DNA from: a virus | IMG/VR virus record: IMGVR_UViG_3300045988_175656 | Strand: one strand, 5' to 3' | Length of the DNA: 64,000 bases | Part shown: piece after piece, positions 7,656 through 17,277 of the stretch | How positions within the stretch are numbered: the stretch's first letter is position 1 | Layout of the letters: every line of letters starts with the position of its first letter | The notes under the pieces: model-generated | What the model was told of the DNA's origin: nothing | What the model saw: the letters and a program-made list of their open reading frames with translations, nothing else | Databases searched by the model: none | Made by a program: the position numbers and the translations under genes

Positions 7656-8060
7656 ATGATAGATATAGATTTTTATAAAGTAATACATGGAGAACAGATA
7701 TTGTTTAATAAATGTAAAGGAAAAACAATAAAAGATACCTATATTGGTAATGAAATTTTGTGCATTATATTTGATGATAATAGTTTTGTATATTTAGAAG
7801 AATACGATGATTATGGAAATATATCCAGATTTGACGATGTAAATATCAATTATTCTAATCTCAAAGATTATGTTGGGTATAATAAAGATGGTGAGTTATA
7901 TCATAGTGATGTTATGTCATTTATGATAAAAAATGAACTATTTGTAGAAAATGAATTAAAAGAATATTTGTACCCTCTTTTTGAAGAAGAAAAAAAGAAA
8001 ATAATAGAACGAGAACTTGCTGAGTATGAAAGGATTAAAAATAAGTATAATTTAAATTAA
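7656..8060 (+). CDS. hypothetical protein
   Basis: Track ORF. Confidence 0.6.
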   Translation: MIDIDFYKVIHGEQILFNKCKGKTIKDTYIGNEILCIIFDDNSFVYLEEYDDYGNISRFDDVNINYSNLKDYVGYNKDGELYHSDVMSFMIKNELFVENELKEYLYPLFEEEKKKIIERELAEYERIKNKYNLN

Positions 8061-8071
8061 TTAGTGTAGTT

Positions 8072-8278
8072 ATGAGAAAATTAATTGGAACTATTGTAGT
8101 AATATTATTGATTGTTGTAGGTTTTACAGGTGTTAATTTGAAAGTGAATGGAACTGCATTTAAAATTCCACCTTACATTAAAAATGTTATGAATGATAAA
8201 AAGAAAATTGATGAAGCAAAGAAAGTTTTTAATGAAGCAAAAGATAAATTAACTGATGAAGTTAAAGATGAAAAATAA
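8072..8278 (+). CDS. small membrane-anchored protein
   Basis: N-terminal hydrophobic helix LIGTIVVILLIVVGFTGV followed by a charged tail. Confidence 0.5.
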   Translation: MRKLIGTIVVILLIVVGFTGVNLKVNGTAFKIPPYIKNVMNDKKKIDEAKKVFNEAKDKLTDEVKDEK

Positions 8279-8281
8279 TCA

Positions 8282-8354
8282 TTTTAATGCGTTTTAAAAG
8301 ACTTTCGATTTAATATGAATAATCTATTGAATTTATAAATAAAACGCATTAAAA
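8282..8354. repeat. 14-bp perfect inverted repeat separated by 45 nt
   Basis: TTTTAATGCGTTTT at 8282-8295 and AAAACGCATTAAAA at 8341-8354, directly after the stop of the 8072-8278 gene. Confidence 0.8.
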
Positions 8355-8639
8355 CTAAAACAAATAGCATTATGAGCTATATTATTAATTATTTAGACAC
8401 TGATATAGGATTTACTAAAAATATCTTAAAGAAAGAAGATATTGGAAAACTGATTTTTATTATAAAAATTTAACATATATAATTTGTATCTGATAAATCA
8501 AAACATATTAATATCATTATAAGATATATTATAATATTAATTATATATTTTATTATAAAATTATATATAATAAGGTCCAATATATTAATACCAGTTATTA
8601 TTTAATTTGCAAATATAAATTATTAAAATATATTAAATT

Positions 8640-8981
8640 ATGGGAAATAAAACGTTAGATGACAAAGTAGCTGATTTAAGGAATAAGCTCACTCCATTAT
8701 ATAACTTGGCTGCTATAATGAATGAAATTGTGATAAACAAAGGTGAAGTCGAATTTAATGATGTGATTAAAAATTGTATTAATGATGCTAATCATTCTCT
8801 TCCAATAATTAGAAAAATTGTTGACTCATTGTTAGTGAATGATTATCCAATGTCAAAAGAACGTTTAAAAAGCATCTCACAAGAGTTTGCAAATAATGCT
8901 TGTATGCCTTATTGCTGGGAAGATGTTTATAACAGACTAATTGATAGAAGTGCATTACCTTTTAAAATTAAAGTAGAATGA
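8640..8981 (+). CDS. hypothetical protein
   Basis: Track ORF after the 360-nt AT-rich gap. Confidence 0.6.
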   Translation: MGNKTLDDKVADLRNKLTPLYNLAAIMNEIVINKGEVEFNDVIKNCINDANHSLPIIRKIVDSLLVNDYPMSKERLKSISQEFANNACMPYCWEDVYNRLIDRSALPFKIKVE

Positions 8982-9226
8982 ACGATTTTATAGGAACTAT
9001 GGTATCAAGAACAATATATGCTTATGTATCAGAAATTGTACTTGGTCCTGGATATGATGAAAAAGAAAATAATTGGTGGGTGATTGTTGATGTTATTTGG
9101 AATGATAATGGTTGCCCAATGCAAGAAAATTGTAAAATTTTAAAGTTTGATACTGAACATGAAGCAAAACAAATTAAAATTGGTACATGTGTTGATTCAG
9201 AAAAAAAGTTTTCATGGATAGATTAA
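8978..9226 (+). CDS. hypothetical protein
   Basis: Track ORF with a 4-nt overlap with the upstream gene. Confidence 0.55.
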   Translation: MNDFIGTMVSRTIYAYVSEIVLGPGYDEKENNWWVIVDVIWNDNGCPMQENCKILKFDTEHEAKQIKIGTCVDSEKKFSWID

Positions 9227-9414
9227 ATAAAAAAGATGTTTGGCATGATAATTGTCAACCAAATGTAGGGCAGTTAGTAATAGTAGTTGATGAAAATAAT
9301 ACAATATATGATTTTGGTTATTTTCATTTTAATGATTATGTTGATTATAAACATGGTTTTAGATGGGCATATATGAAAGATTTAGTAGATATAACAAATG
9401 GAAAAGAAAAATAG
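9214..9414 (+). CDS. hypothetical protein
   Basis: Track ORF with short overlaps on both sides. Confidence 0.5.
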   Translation: MDRLNKKDVWHDNCQPNVGQLVIVVDENNTIYDFGYFHFNDYVDYKHGFRWAYMKDLVDITNGKEK

Positions 9415-10015
9415 AACATCATCAGCAATTGTATCTTATAGATATGGTAGTATTGTATATGGTACTGATAATGAAAATTCAGATGAAGATATGATTTCAA
9501 TCATTTCTGACAATTTTGAGGATATGACTGAAAATGAAGGTCAAGGAAGAGTTGGAGATTATGACATTACTTTTTATAAGGAAAGTTATTTTATTGAAAA
9601 AATCAAAAATCATTCAATTGATGCTTTGGAATGTATTTTTCTCCCAAAAGATATGATTATTGGAGATAATAAATATCTTCAATATTTTCAACTTGATTTG
9701 CCGACGTTAAGAAATTCAATATCAGCTATATGCAATAATTCTTATGCTAAAGCAAAGAAGAAGTTAACAGTAAAAAAAGACTATGATTTCTATAAAGCAA
9801 TGAAATCATTATTTCATTCAATCAGGATTTTTGAATTTGGAAAACAAATAGCCATATTTGGTAAAATAACTAATTATCAGGCTTGTAATCACATATGGTA
9901 CATGATTAGCAAAGAAACATCTACTGATTGGGAATATTATCATAAAAAATATAAACCAATTTGGAATGAATATCATAGTGCATTTGTAAAAGTAGCAAGG
10001 AAGAAGCTTACTTAA
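9398..10015 (+). CDS. Pol-beta-fold nucleotidyltransferase-like protein (RlaP-like)
   Basis: N-terminal YGSIVYGTDNENSDEDMISI fits the GS-x-yG...SD-x-D motif of minimal nucleotidyltransferases. It is shorter than the second copy at 39732. Confidence 0.45.
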   Translation: MEKKNRTSSAIVSYRYGSIVYGTDNENSDEDMISIISDNFEDMTENEGQGRVGDYDITFYKESYFIEKIKNHSIDALECIFLPKDMIIGDNKYLQYFQLDLPTLRNSISAICNNSYAKAKKKLTVKKDYDFYKAMKSLFHSIRIFEFGKQIAIFGKITNYQACNHIWYMISKETSTDWEYYHKKYKPIWNEYHSAFVKVARKKLT

Positions 10016-10035
10016 CAATTTTTAACTATAATATT

Positions 10036-10066
10036 TTTGGGATTTAAAAAATAAATTGTATGTTTG
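10036..10066 (+). promoter_or_regulatory. Bacteroidota-type promoter
   Basis: TTTG at 10036-10039 and TATGTTTG at 10059-10066, 19 nt apart, before ATG 10083. Confidence 0.55.
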
Positions 10067-10082
10067 CACTAAAATATAAAAA

Positions 10083-10334
10083 ATGAAAGGCGTAATTAAT
10101 TTTTTTAATATCATTATAGTACCATTTTCCATTCTTATGGGATTTGTGTTTGAATTTAAATATATGTGGCTAATAATAGCCTTATATTCAAGTCTTATGC
10201 TTGTTAATATCACAATTAATACAATAGTTACTTCTATTATTGAAAAGAAATATGAAGAAAGTTATTCAGCTTTCTGGAGAACATTATTTGTGATTATATC
10301 AGCAATTAGTTGGACATTTGTAATTTATTCTTAA
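10083..10334 (+). CDS. small multi-pass membrane protein
   Basis: Three hydrophobic segments in 83 aa. Confidence 0.55.
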   Translation: MKGVINFFNIIIVPFSILMGFVFEFKYMWLIIALYSSLMLVNITINTIVTSIIEKKYEESYSAFWRTLFVIISAISWTFVIYS

Positions 10335-10336
10335 TT

Positions 10337-10510
10337 ATGTATATAAAACGTATAAATATAAATGGTTTTCCAAACCCAACAAATAAAATAGAGAAATATT
10401 ATTTTTTTAAAAATAAAACTCAGGAAGAAATTGAGCTTTTAGAAACAGTAGGTAAAATTATTACCAAATTTATTAAACTTTATCATATAAAAAACAAAAA
10501 ACATGAGTAA
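10337..10510 (+). CDS. hypothetical protein
   Basis: Internal ATG of track ORF 10310-10510, chosen because it starts right after the previous stop. Confidence 0.4.
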   Translation: MYIKRININGFPNPTNKIEKYYFFKNKTQEEIELLETVGKIITKFIKLYHIKNKKHE

Positions 10511-10841
10511 TATTATATTAGATTTCTTTCACAACATTACAAAAAGGAGTAATCCAAGGTTAAATGCAAAAGATGCGTATTTGAAAGCAAAATATCAACG
10601 TATTCAAACTGAAGAAGAAAGATTAAATGAATTTAAATTTAATCTTGATACTTTAATCTCAATCAAGTGTGATTCATGTACATGTTGTTGTGTGGTAGAA
10701 CTTGAAGAAGATTTGTCCAAGCATTTGGATGATATTATTAAAGAATATCGTGAATTAGGTTATACAGTTATTAATTTAAAAGATGAAGTAGAAGATATTG
10801 ATAACAATTATCTTTTTCTTTGTTGGGATAAAAAATATTAA
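10503..10841 (+). CDS. hypothetical protein
   Basis: Track ORF. Confidence 0.55.
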   Translation: MSNIILDFFHNITKRSNPRLNAKDAYLKAKYQRIQTEEERLNEFKFNLDTLISIKCDSCTCCCVVELEEDLSKHLDDIIKEYRELGYTVINLKDEVEDIDNNYLFLCWDKKY

Positions 10842-10845
10842 TATA

Positions 10846-11130
10846 ATGACTACACAAGATATTAGCAATATTTTAAATTCTATTAATGCTTCAATTCCAC
10901 CTAAACCAAAATATGCGTTAATAGCATCCGAATTTATAGTTGATTTAATAGTGAAAAATAGTGATTCTGCGTTTAATTTTGAACATGACTTCTGGATATA
11001 TAAAACACCTTATCATAACATTAATATTCGTATAGAACATACACTTCAAGGTTATGCAGCTATTTTATTTAAAGATGGAAAAGTAAAGGTCACTATTGAC
11101 AAAGAAGGTAAAGGGAAAATTTTTGCATAA
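10846..11130 (+). CDS. hypothetical protein
   Basis: Internal ATG (MTTQDIS...) of track ORF 10798-11130, which avoids overlap with the upstream gene. Confidence 0.55.
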   Translation: MTTQDISNILNSINASIPPKPKYALIASEFIVDLIVKNSDSAFNFEHDFWIYKTPYHNINIRIEHTLQGYAAILFKDGKVKVTIDKEGKGKIFA

Positions 11131-11162
11131 AATATAAATTAATATTATTTAACTTTTTGGTA

Positions 11163-11194
11163 TTTGCAATTAATCACTTTAAGTTGTATATTTG
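11163..11194 (+). promoter_or_regulatory. Bacteroidota-type promoter
   Basis: TTTG at 11163-11166 and TATATTTG at 11187-11194, 20 nt apart. Confidence 0.6.
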
Positions 11195-11224
11195 CATAAA
11201 ATAAGAGAATAAATTAAAGTGATT

Positions 11225-11470
11225 ATGTCAGAACAAATGAAAAATAATACAGTTGTTTTTATATTTGAAGGTAAACTGGATGATTTGTTAACAGATAATG
11301 GAAATATTAAATCAAGTAGATTGATTAAATTTGGGAATGAAACTGAATGTGGAAGTGAACAAAATTGGGATATTCAACTAACGTCTTATAATAATATTGA
11401 ACCTAAACATGAGAAGTTTGATAGTTTATTAGGGAAAAAAGTTAGAATTGTTGTTGAAACCATAGAATAA
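11225..11470 (+). CDS. hypothetical protein
   Basis: The track ORF begins at GTG 11219. The first ATG is at 11225. Confidence 0.5.
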   Translation: MSEQMKNNTVVFIFEGKLDDLLTDNGNIKSSRLIKFGNETECGSEQNWDIQLTSYNNIEPKHEKFDSLLGKKVRIVVETIE

Positions 11471-11486
11471 AAATACAAAGATTGTT

Positions 11487-12197
11487 ATGAATATGGATAG
11501 AACTTGGATGAAAGAAAAAATCACAATGAGTTATGAAGATTTATTTAATTATGTGATTCAATCAAGGGTTCTTGGGGATATGTTAAACGAAAATAAACTA
11601 GCTGAAGTGGGATTCGAAATCCCACATTTAGTTTATATACAAAAAAATAATAAATCACCTTATATGGAAACTGAAAAAAAATCTAAAGAAATATTATATA
11701 CTAATGGAGATGCTACTTCTCCAAAAGGAGAAGGTAAAAAATATATAGTACACGTTTGTAATGATATTGGGGGATGGGGACGAGGATTTGTACTTGCACT
11801 ATCAAATAAATGGGATTCTCCAGAAAAGAGTTATCGTGAATGGAATCGCAATGGATTTTATGAATTTCCTGATTCAACTAAATGTAAATTTGAATTAGGA
11901 AATATTCAAGTAGTTCCTGTTGAAGAAAATTTATCAGTTATTAATATGATTGGACAACATGGTTGTTATCCAACAATAGTTGATGGGGAAAAAATACAGC
12001 CAATTCGTTATAATGCTCTAAAAGAGTGTTTAATGAAAGTGGCAAAACTTGCTAAATCAACAAATGCTAGTGTTCATATGCCTATGATTGGAGCTGGACT
12101 TGCAGGTGGTGATTGGTCTATTATTGAAGGAATAATTAATAAAACTTTGATATTCCTTGGTGTTGATACAACTGTTTATATATTTGATGAAAAATGA
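11487..12197 (+). CDS. macro-domain protein (ADP-ribose binding/hydrolase fold)
   Basis: HVCNDIGGWGRGFVLALSNKW ... INMIGQHG ... VHMPMIGAGLAGGDW matches the conserved blocks of stand-alone macro domains. Confidence 0.6.
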   Translation: MNMDRTWMKEKITMSYEDLFNYVIQSRVLGDMLNENKLAEVGFEIPHLVYIQKNNKSPYMETEKKSKEILYTNGDATSPKGEGKKYIVHVCNDIGGWGRGFVLALSNKWDSPEKSYREWNRNGFYEFPDSTKCKFELGNIQVVPVEENLSVINMIGQHGCYPTIVDGEKIQPIRYNALKECLMKVAKLAKSTNASVHMPMIGAGLAGGDWSIIEGIINKTLIFLGVDTTVYIFDEK

Positions 12198-12198
12198 T

Positions 12199-12687
12199 AT
12201 GGAAAAACCTATTATTAATGAAGTATTTGCTGATAATGGTGAACATTCACATTGGGAATTAATAAACGCTGAAACAGGAGAGTTATTATGGAGCGAAGAT
12301 GTTGAGGAATCTAATATAAGATGGACTGGTAAACCTCTTACCGAAAATAAGAAAAATTCAGATATATTAAAAGATAATACTTTTAATAAGTATATCCCAA
12401 CTGATGATACAATTGAAGAAGTATTAAAGCACATACCAAGATATTTTGCCTTTGATAAAGTTTCAGGAAAACTATACAATAGTAATTCTCAGTCATATGA
12501 AGGAATTGATGGTGATACTGTTGTTTATACAACTTATATTAAAGGTGAGAAGAAAAAACTTAAAGGTACTGTTAAGGGTTATACAGAACATCAAATTGTT
12601 ATAACATATGAATATGGGACAGATATATTAACAGCCGAAAATGCTCAAAGAAAAGAAATTATTAAAAATAAAAAGTGGATTAAATGA
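12199..12687 (+). CDS. hypothetical protein
   Basis: Internal ATG (MEKPIINE...) of track ORF 12157-12687, starting 2 nt after the macro gene stop. Confidence 0.55.
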   Translation: MEKPIINEVFADNGEHSHWELINAETGELLWSEDVEESNIRWTGKPLTENKKNSDILKDNTFNKYIPTDDTIEEVLKHIPRYFAFDKVSGKLYNSNSQSYEGIDGDTVVYTTYIKGEKKKLKGTVKGYTEHQIVITYEYGTDILTAENAQRKEIIKNKKWIK

Positions 12688-13673
12688 CAGAAGTAGAGAA
12701 TTATACAGATGATTTCTTTTATGATGGTGATGAAAGAACTATTGGAAAAAATGATTATTGTAATTTCATGATTGAAGGTAGTGATTTTTTTCCTTGTAAA
12801 AAAGTCAGTAAATCACTACCAAATGGATATTATACAATAAGAAAAGATTACACACGAGGTATTTTCTTTAGAAAAAAAGAAGTTAATTTAGATAGATTAG
12901 TCAAATTTGACTCTTATCCTATGTATCAATTAATTTTAAAAGATATTGAAACTTTTTGGAATTCTGAAGAAGAATATGTTAAAAGAGGGAGAGTTTATAA
13001 AAGAAATATGCTTCTTTATTCTCCACCAGGAATGGGTAAAACATCTTTAATTAATTTATTAGTTGAAGATTTAGTAAAAAATCGTAATGGTTTTGTATTG
13101 TCATTAACTGATGATAATGATATTTTAAATTTTAACGATGCAATGTCTTATATTAGAGCAATTATGCCAACTAAGCCAATTATTGTAATAATTGAAGATA
13201 TTGATAATTTCATTGGTGAAGGTGCGGACAATAAATTAGAAACTGAAATTCTAAATATGCTTGATGGTATTAATAAACATAGTAATATTCTTACTATTGC
13301 TACAACAAATTATCCAGAGAATTTGACTGAAAGATATTTGAAAAGACCATCAAGATTTAATCGTAAGTTTTCATTTACTTATCCTGACGAAGCATTAAGA
13401 CGTGAGTTCTTAACAAAAGTTAACTTAGCTGAAGATATTGCGAAAATAGATTTAGATAAATGGGTTAAAGAAACAGAAGGGTGGACGGTTGATTATTTAA
13501 AAGAATTAAGTGATTCTGTATTTATCAATGGTTATACTGAAGAAGAATCATTTAAAGAAATCAACGAAATGATTAAAACTAATATTGTCAAGAATGACAA
13601 GCCAAAAAATAAACAAGGTGGCGTTGGTTTAAGACCAATACCAGGCGGTATTGTAAAAACATGTAATCCATGA
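12684..13673 (+). CDS. classical AAA+ ATPase
   Basis: Walker A SPPGMGKTSLI, Walker B IIVIIEDIDNF, and second region of homology TTNYPENL...RPSRFNRKFSF. Confidence 0.85.
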   Translation: MTEVENYTDDFFYDGDERTIGKNDYCNFMIEGSDFFPCKKVSKSLPNGYYTIRKDYTRGIFFRKKEVNLDRLVKFDSYPMYQLILKDIETFWNSEEEYVKRGRVYKRNMLLYSPPGMGKTSLINLLVEDLVKNRNGFVLSLTDDNDILNFNDAMSYIRAIMPTKPIIVIIEDIDNFIGEGADNKLETEILNMLDGINKHSNILTIATTNYPENLTERYLKRPSRFNRKFSFTYPDEALRREFLTKVNLAEDIAKIDLDKWVKETEGWTVDYLKELSDSVFINGYTEEESFKEINEMIKTNIVKNDKPKNKQGGVGLRPIPGGIVKTCNP

Positions 13674-15520
13674 GTGTTAAAACTTATAACTATTATAACA
13701 AAAGAGCCTATGTAGTCGGCGACATACATGGGCATTTTGACATTATAAAAAATCAAATAAAAACTTATAAAATTACAGATAGTGTAATTATATTTGCTGG
13801 TGATATTGGACTTGGATTTGAAAAAGCTGAACATTATAAACAAATATTTCCTAAGCTAAATAAAGTAATGAAAACGCAAGGAAATGTTTTATTGTTTACT
13901 AGAGGAAATCATGACTGTTTATCAAAAAATTTTACTATTCTTACAAAACGTGGATGGTTGAAATACAATGAATTATCTATGAATGATATGGTATTATCTT
14001 TTAATCCTGAAACAAAAATGTCAGAATGGCATAAAATTGATAATATTATTATCAAAGATAGTGAATTTATATATACAAGAAGAACTAATTCAATTGAATT
14101 TGAAGTAACTGAAAATCATAGGCATTTATTAACTAATGAAGATGGTGAGTATTTCTATAAAAAAACTAAAGACATTTCAAAATATAATAATAAGGATAAA
14201 ATTATACATGGAATGCCGATTTCTAACCATGAATATGAAATCAAAGATGATGAAATTAGAATTGTTGCATGGTTAATGACTGATGGTTATTATGATGATG
14301 TAAATCATAAATATTTTTGTATATCACAATCTAAAGAGCATTGCATTGAAAATATAAAAACTATTTTATCAAATTTAAAATGTAATTTTAGCCTTAATTA
14401 TAGGAAAACAAAAGATAAAACAATAATAATTAAGGGCACAACAGTTAAAAATGCTAAGAATGAAGGTGTTTTTAGATTAAAAACAGAATTTTCTAAATTT
14501 GTTAGAGATAATTTATTATCTGACAAATTTAAACTTCCTGATTGGGTTTATGAATTATCTTATAGACAATTAAAAATATTCACAGACACATTACTTGAAG
14601 CCAATGGTACTATTTTGAAACAAAAAGGAAATTACATGCTTTTTGGTACACATGAAATGCTATTTCAATTCCAACCATTGTTCTGTATGTGTGGATATAG
14701 ATGTGGACTTGTTCAAGATAATAGAGGTGATTGGAGATTAAATATATGCGAAAATAATTTATCAAATATAATAAGTAATGATAAGCCATTTAAAAAAGAA
14801 GAATATAATGATAAGGTATTTTGTATAACAACAGAATTATCCAATTTTTTTGTTTCACTTAATGGCAAATGTCATTTTACAGGTAATTGTCCTCAATATT
14901 TTGAAAACGAGTTAATAAACTATTCTAATATAAAATCAATTCCTGATTATTCAGTAATTAATTTTTATCAAGATTGGGATAATGAAATGAAAGAACCACC
15001 TAAATTTTCGATACTTTGTGTTGGGGGTGGTGTATCAATAGATAGACAATACAGATTGAATGCAGAAGCAGCTTCTATGATTGAATATAAATATTGGCAT
15101 CCAAATGCATCTAAAGAAGATATAGAAAAACATTGTAAAAAATATTATTGGAGCGATGAACTTCCAGTTTATGATGTTGATAAGTTGGATGAAATAACAA
15201 AAGAAGGGTATAATATTGCATATGTGGTAAGTCATACTGCTCCTGATTTTTGCTATCCATATACTAAAAAGGGAATTGAATCTTGGATGCGATTAGATGA
15301 AAATCTTGAAAAAGATGTTGATTTTGAAAGAAATACAATGACAAGTATTTACAATTACCTAATTAATCATAAACATATATTAATAGGATGGTATTATGGT
15401 CATTTTCATTCTCATTATGAATCATATTATGATAATGTAAAATTCACATTGCTTGATTGTGAACATCATAAGTGGGATATGGTTGAAATCGGATATAAAC
15501 CAATGGAGATTAATATATGA
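13670..15520 (+). CDS. calcineurin-like metallophosphoesterase interrupted by an intein
   Basis: The exteins carry GDIHGH, GDIGLG and GNHD on the N side, and VVSHTAP and YGHFHSH on the C side. A 324-aa insert sits directly after GNHD. Confidence 0.8.
   Translation: MSVKTYNYYNKRAYVVGDIHGHFDIIKNQIKTYKITDSVIIFAGDIGLGFEKAEHYKQIFPKLNKVMKTQGNVLLFTRGNHDCLSKNFTILTKRGWLKYNELSMNDMVLSFNPETKMSEWHKIDNIIIKDSEFIYTRRTNSIEFEVTENHRHLLTNEDGEYFYKKTKDISKYNNKDKIIHGMPISNHEYEIKDDEIRIVAWLMTDGYYDDVNHKYFCISQSKEHCIENIKTILSNLKCNFSLNYRKTKDKTIIIKGTTVKNAKNEGVFRLKTEFSKFVRDNLLSDKFKLPDWVYELSYRQLKIFTDTLLEANGTILKQKGNYMLFGTHEMLFQFQPLFCMCGYRCGLVQDNRGDWRLNICENNLSNIISNDKPFKKEEYNDKVFCITTELSNFFVSLNGKCHFTGNCPQYFENELINYSNIKSIPDYSVINFYQDWDNEMKEPPKFSILCVGGGVSIDRQYRLNAEAASMIEYKYWHPNASKEDIEKHCKKYYWSDELPVYDVDKLDEITKEGYNIAYVVSHTAPDFCYPYTKKGIESWMRLDENLEKDVDFERNTMTSIYNYLINHKHILIGWYYGHFHSHYESYYDNVKFTLLDCEHHKWDMVEIGYKPMEINI
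13916..14887 (+). mobile_element. intein with LAGLIDADG homing-endonuclease domain
   Basis: Starts with Cys (GNHD|CLSKNFTILT...). It has LAGLIDADG-like blocks IVAWLMTDGYYDD and FTDTLLEANGT, and ends HFTGN|C with a +1 Cys. The insertion lies inside a catalytic motif. Confidence 0.75.
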
Positions 15521-15618
15521 AAATAAAATTCAAAAAAATCATTGAAGCTATATATTGCTTTTGTTTTGGTTGTGACCCTGTATCTGTTGATAAAGAAAAT
15601 ACTGTAACAACAGATTAA
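15517..15618 (+). CDS. possible 33-aa peptide
   Basis: ATGA overlap with the phosphoesterase stop. Translates as MKIKFKKIIEAIYCFCFGCDPVSVDKENTVTTD. Below the track cutoff. Confidence 0.3.
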   Translation: MKIKFKKIIEAIYCFCFGCDPVSVDKENTVTTD

Positions 15619-15629
15619 AATTTGAATAT

Positions 15630-16022
15630 ATGGTTGCTAAGAAAAATAGTAAAGCAAAAAAGAAACTTACTAGCTCTGAAATTATGGAGCGAGTTATTGA
15701 TGTTGAGGAACTTGAAAAACGAAAACAAAGTTTAATAAAAGAAGAAGCTTTTTCAAAAGAAGAAATAGTTACCATAAAAGAAAAACGATGGTGGGAGCTT
15801 CCAATGAAAAAAACACTTTTTAAAACTGAAAAATATAAAGGTAAGTTTTATGGACAATATGAAGGATGGAGTGAAAATGTATGGATTGGACCTTATGATA
15901 CTGAAAAACAGTTGAATGATGTTATCAAGTCATATGTTGAAGAAACTAAAAAACCTGTAATGGAAAGAAACATAAAAAATGTTCACTCTATTGTTTTAAA
16001 AATAAAAGAAATAACATTATAA
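15630..16022 (+). CDS. hypothetical basic protein
   Basis: Track ORF with a Lys-rich N-terminus. Confidence 0.55.
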   Translation: MVAKKNSKAKKKLTSSEIMERVIDVEELEKRKQSLIKEEAFSKEEIVTIKEKRWWELPMKKTLFKTEKYKGKFYGQYEGWSENVWIGPYDTEKQLNDVIKSYVEETKKPVMERNIKNVHSIVLKIKEITL

Positions 16023-16026
16023 AATT

Positions 16027-16449
16027 ATGAGTTCAAGTATTTGGGTTAAATGCCCTAATTGTAAAGGTAGTGGAAAAATAGAAACTACTTTACAAGATTT
16101 AACAAAATGTCCTACTTGTAAAGGTAAGGGTATTATTAGTGAGGTAACAGGTTTACCGCCTGGGGAAACGGAAGATGTAACAATACAACCATTTACAATT
16201 CCAACATTTCCTATCACATCTCCAAGTGTAGTACCACAATATCCTTGGTATGTAAATCCTAATATAACATGTCAATATATAGGTAATACAGATATGGCTA
16301 AAGGTGATGATAATTGTACAATAAGTCTATTAAAGATAGACAAGGATGGCAATATAAATTATGAATTTGGTCAAGAATGTGGAAATGATTTCTTAAAAGT
16401 ATTTGAGGATATTGTTTCAAAATATGTAAATAAAGATATAAAAAAATAA
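16027..16449 (+). CDS. protein with DnaJ-type CxxCxGxG zinc-finger repeats
   Basis: CPNCKGSGKI and CPTCKGKGII near the N-terminus. Confidence 0.55.
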   Translation: MSSSIWVKCPNCKGSGKIETTLQDLTKCPTCKGKGIISEVTGLPPGETEDVTIQPFTIPTFPITSPSVVPQYPWYVNPNITCQYIGNTDMAKGDDNCTISLLKIDKDGNINYEFGQECGNDFLKVFEDIVSKYVNKDIKK

Positions 16450-16454
16450 TTGAA

Positions 16455-17228
16455 ATGGCAGAAACACATTTTCATACAATATTGGTAATAGGTGAAGAAC
16501 CTGAAAAAACTATTGCAAAATATAGTTCTGTAACTGAAGTTGAAAAACATTTAAAAATTAAAAGAGATGACGCTCCAAAATTATTAAATAAACACATTAA
16601 AGCAATCAAATCATTTTTAGATAGTGATAAGATTAAACTAACTTCTCGACAAAAAGATTACTTTAAAGAAGCATATCTTTCTTTAAAGGATATGGATGAA
16701 TTTGATTATTTCTTGGAAATAACTAAAGGTTGCACTTATGATGAAGAAACAGGAGATGCATATACAACTGAAAACCCAGATGCTATGTATCAAATGTATT
16801 ATATTGGAGATAAATGCCCATTTGCTGAACCATTTATTTTAAATGATGGAACGACATCTTACAGTGCTAAAGTTGAAGATATTGATTGGAGTAAAATGCA
16901 TATGAGTGTTGCTAAAATAGAATTATGCAAACGTGTATGGGCTTTAATTGTAGATGAAGATACACCAACTAATGAAAGAGAAGAAGAATTAGTTAAGAAT
17001 TGGGAAAAAAATAAAGCATATTTTAGCAATTTTATTGATTGTGATGAATATGTAAAACATACTTGTTCTTTTTGGCATTATGGGGTTACAGATGGAAAAA
17101 AATTCTCTGAAGTTGATTATACTATTTCTGACAAAGAATGGGTTGCTACATTTTATGATAAATTTGTTAAAGATTTAACACCTGAAACATTATTAACTGT
17201 GTGTGAAGTAAGAAAATTAGATGATTAA
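16455..17228 (+). CDS. hypothetical protein
   Basis: Track ORF. Confidence 0.65.
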   Translation: MAETHFHTILVIGEEPEKTIAKYSSVTEVEKHLKIKRDDAPKLLNKHIKAIKSFLDSDKIKLTSRQKDYFKEAYLSLKDMDEFDYFLEITKGCTYDEETGDAYTTENPDAMYQMYYIGDKCPFAEPFILNDGTTSYSAKVEDIDWSKMHMSVAKIELCKRVWALIVDEDTPTNEREEELVKNWEKNKAYFSNFIDCDEYVKHTCSFWHYGVTDGKKFSEVDYTISDKEWVATFYDKFVKDLTPETLLTVCEVRKLDD

Positions 17229-17243
17229 TTAGTCATTTTTTGA

Positions 17244-17272
17244 TTTAGTTTGATAATAATTATCAAACTAAA
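17244..17272 (+). promoter_or_regulatory. MASTF-leader palindrome, copy 1 (GA/TC variant)
   Basis: TTTAGTTTGATAATAATTATCAAACTAAA, a perfect 14+1+14 palindrome ending 5 nt before ATG 17278. Confidence 0.85.
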
Positions 17273-17277
17273 CAAAT

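Noticed and set aside
12057-12479. 140-aa minus-strand ORF overlapping the macro-domain gene end and the next gene
   Set aside because: It runs opposite to an uninterrupted plus-strand train, its translation is low-complexity, and it has no promoter or terminator context.
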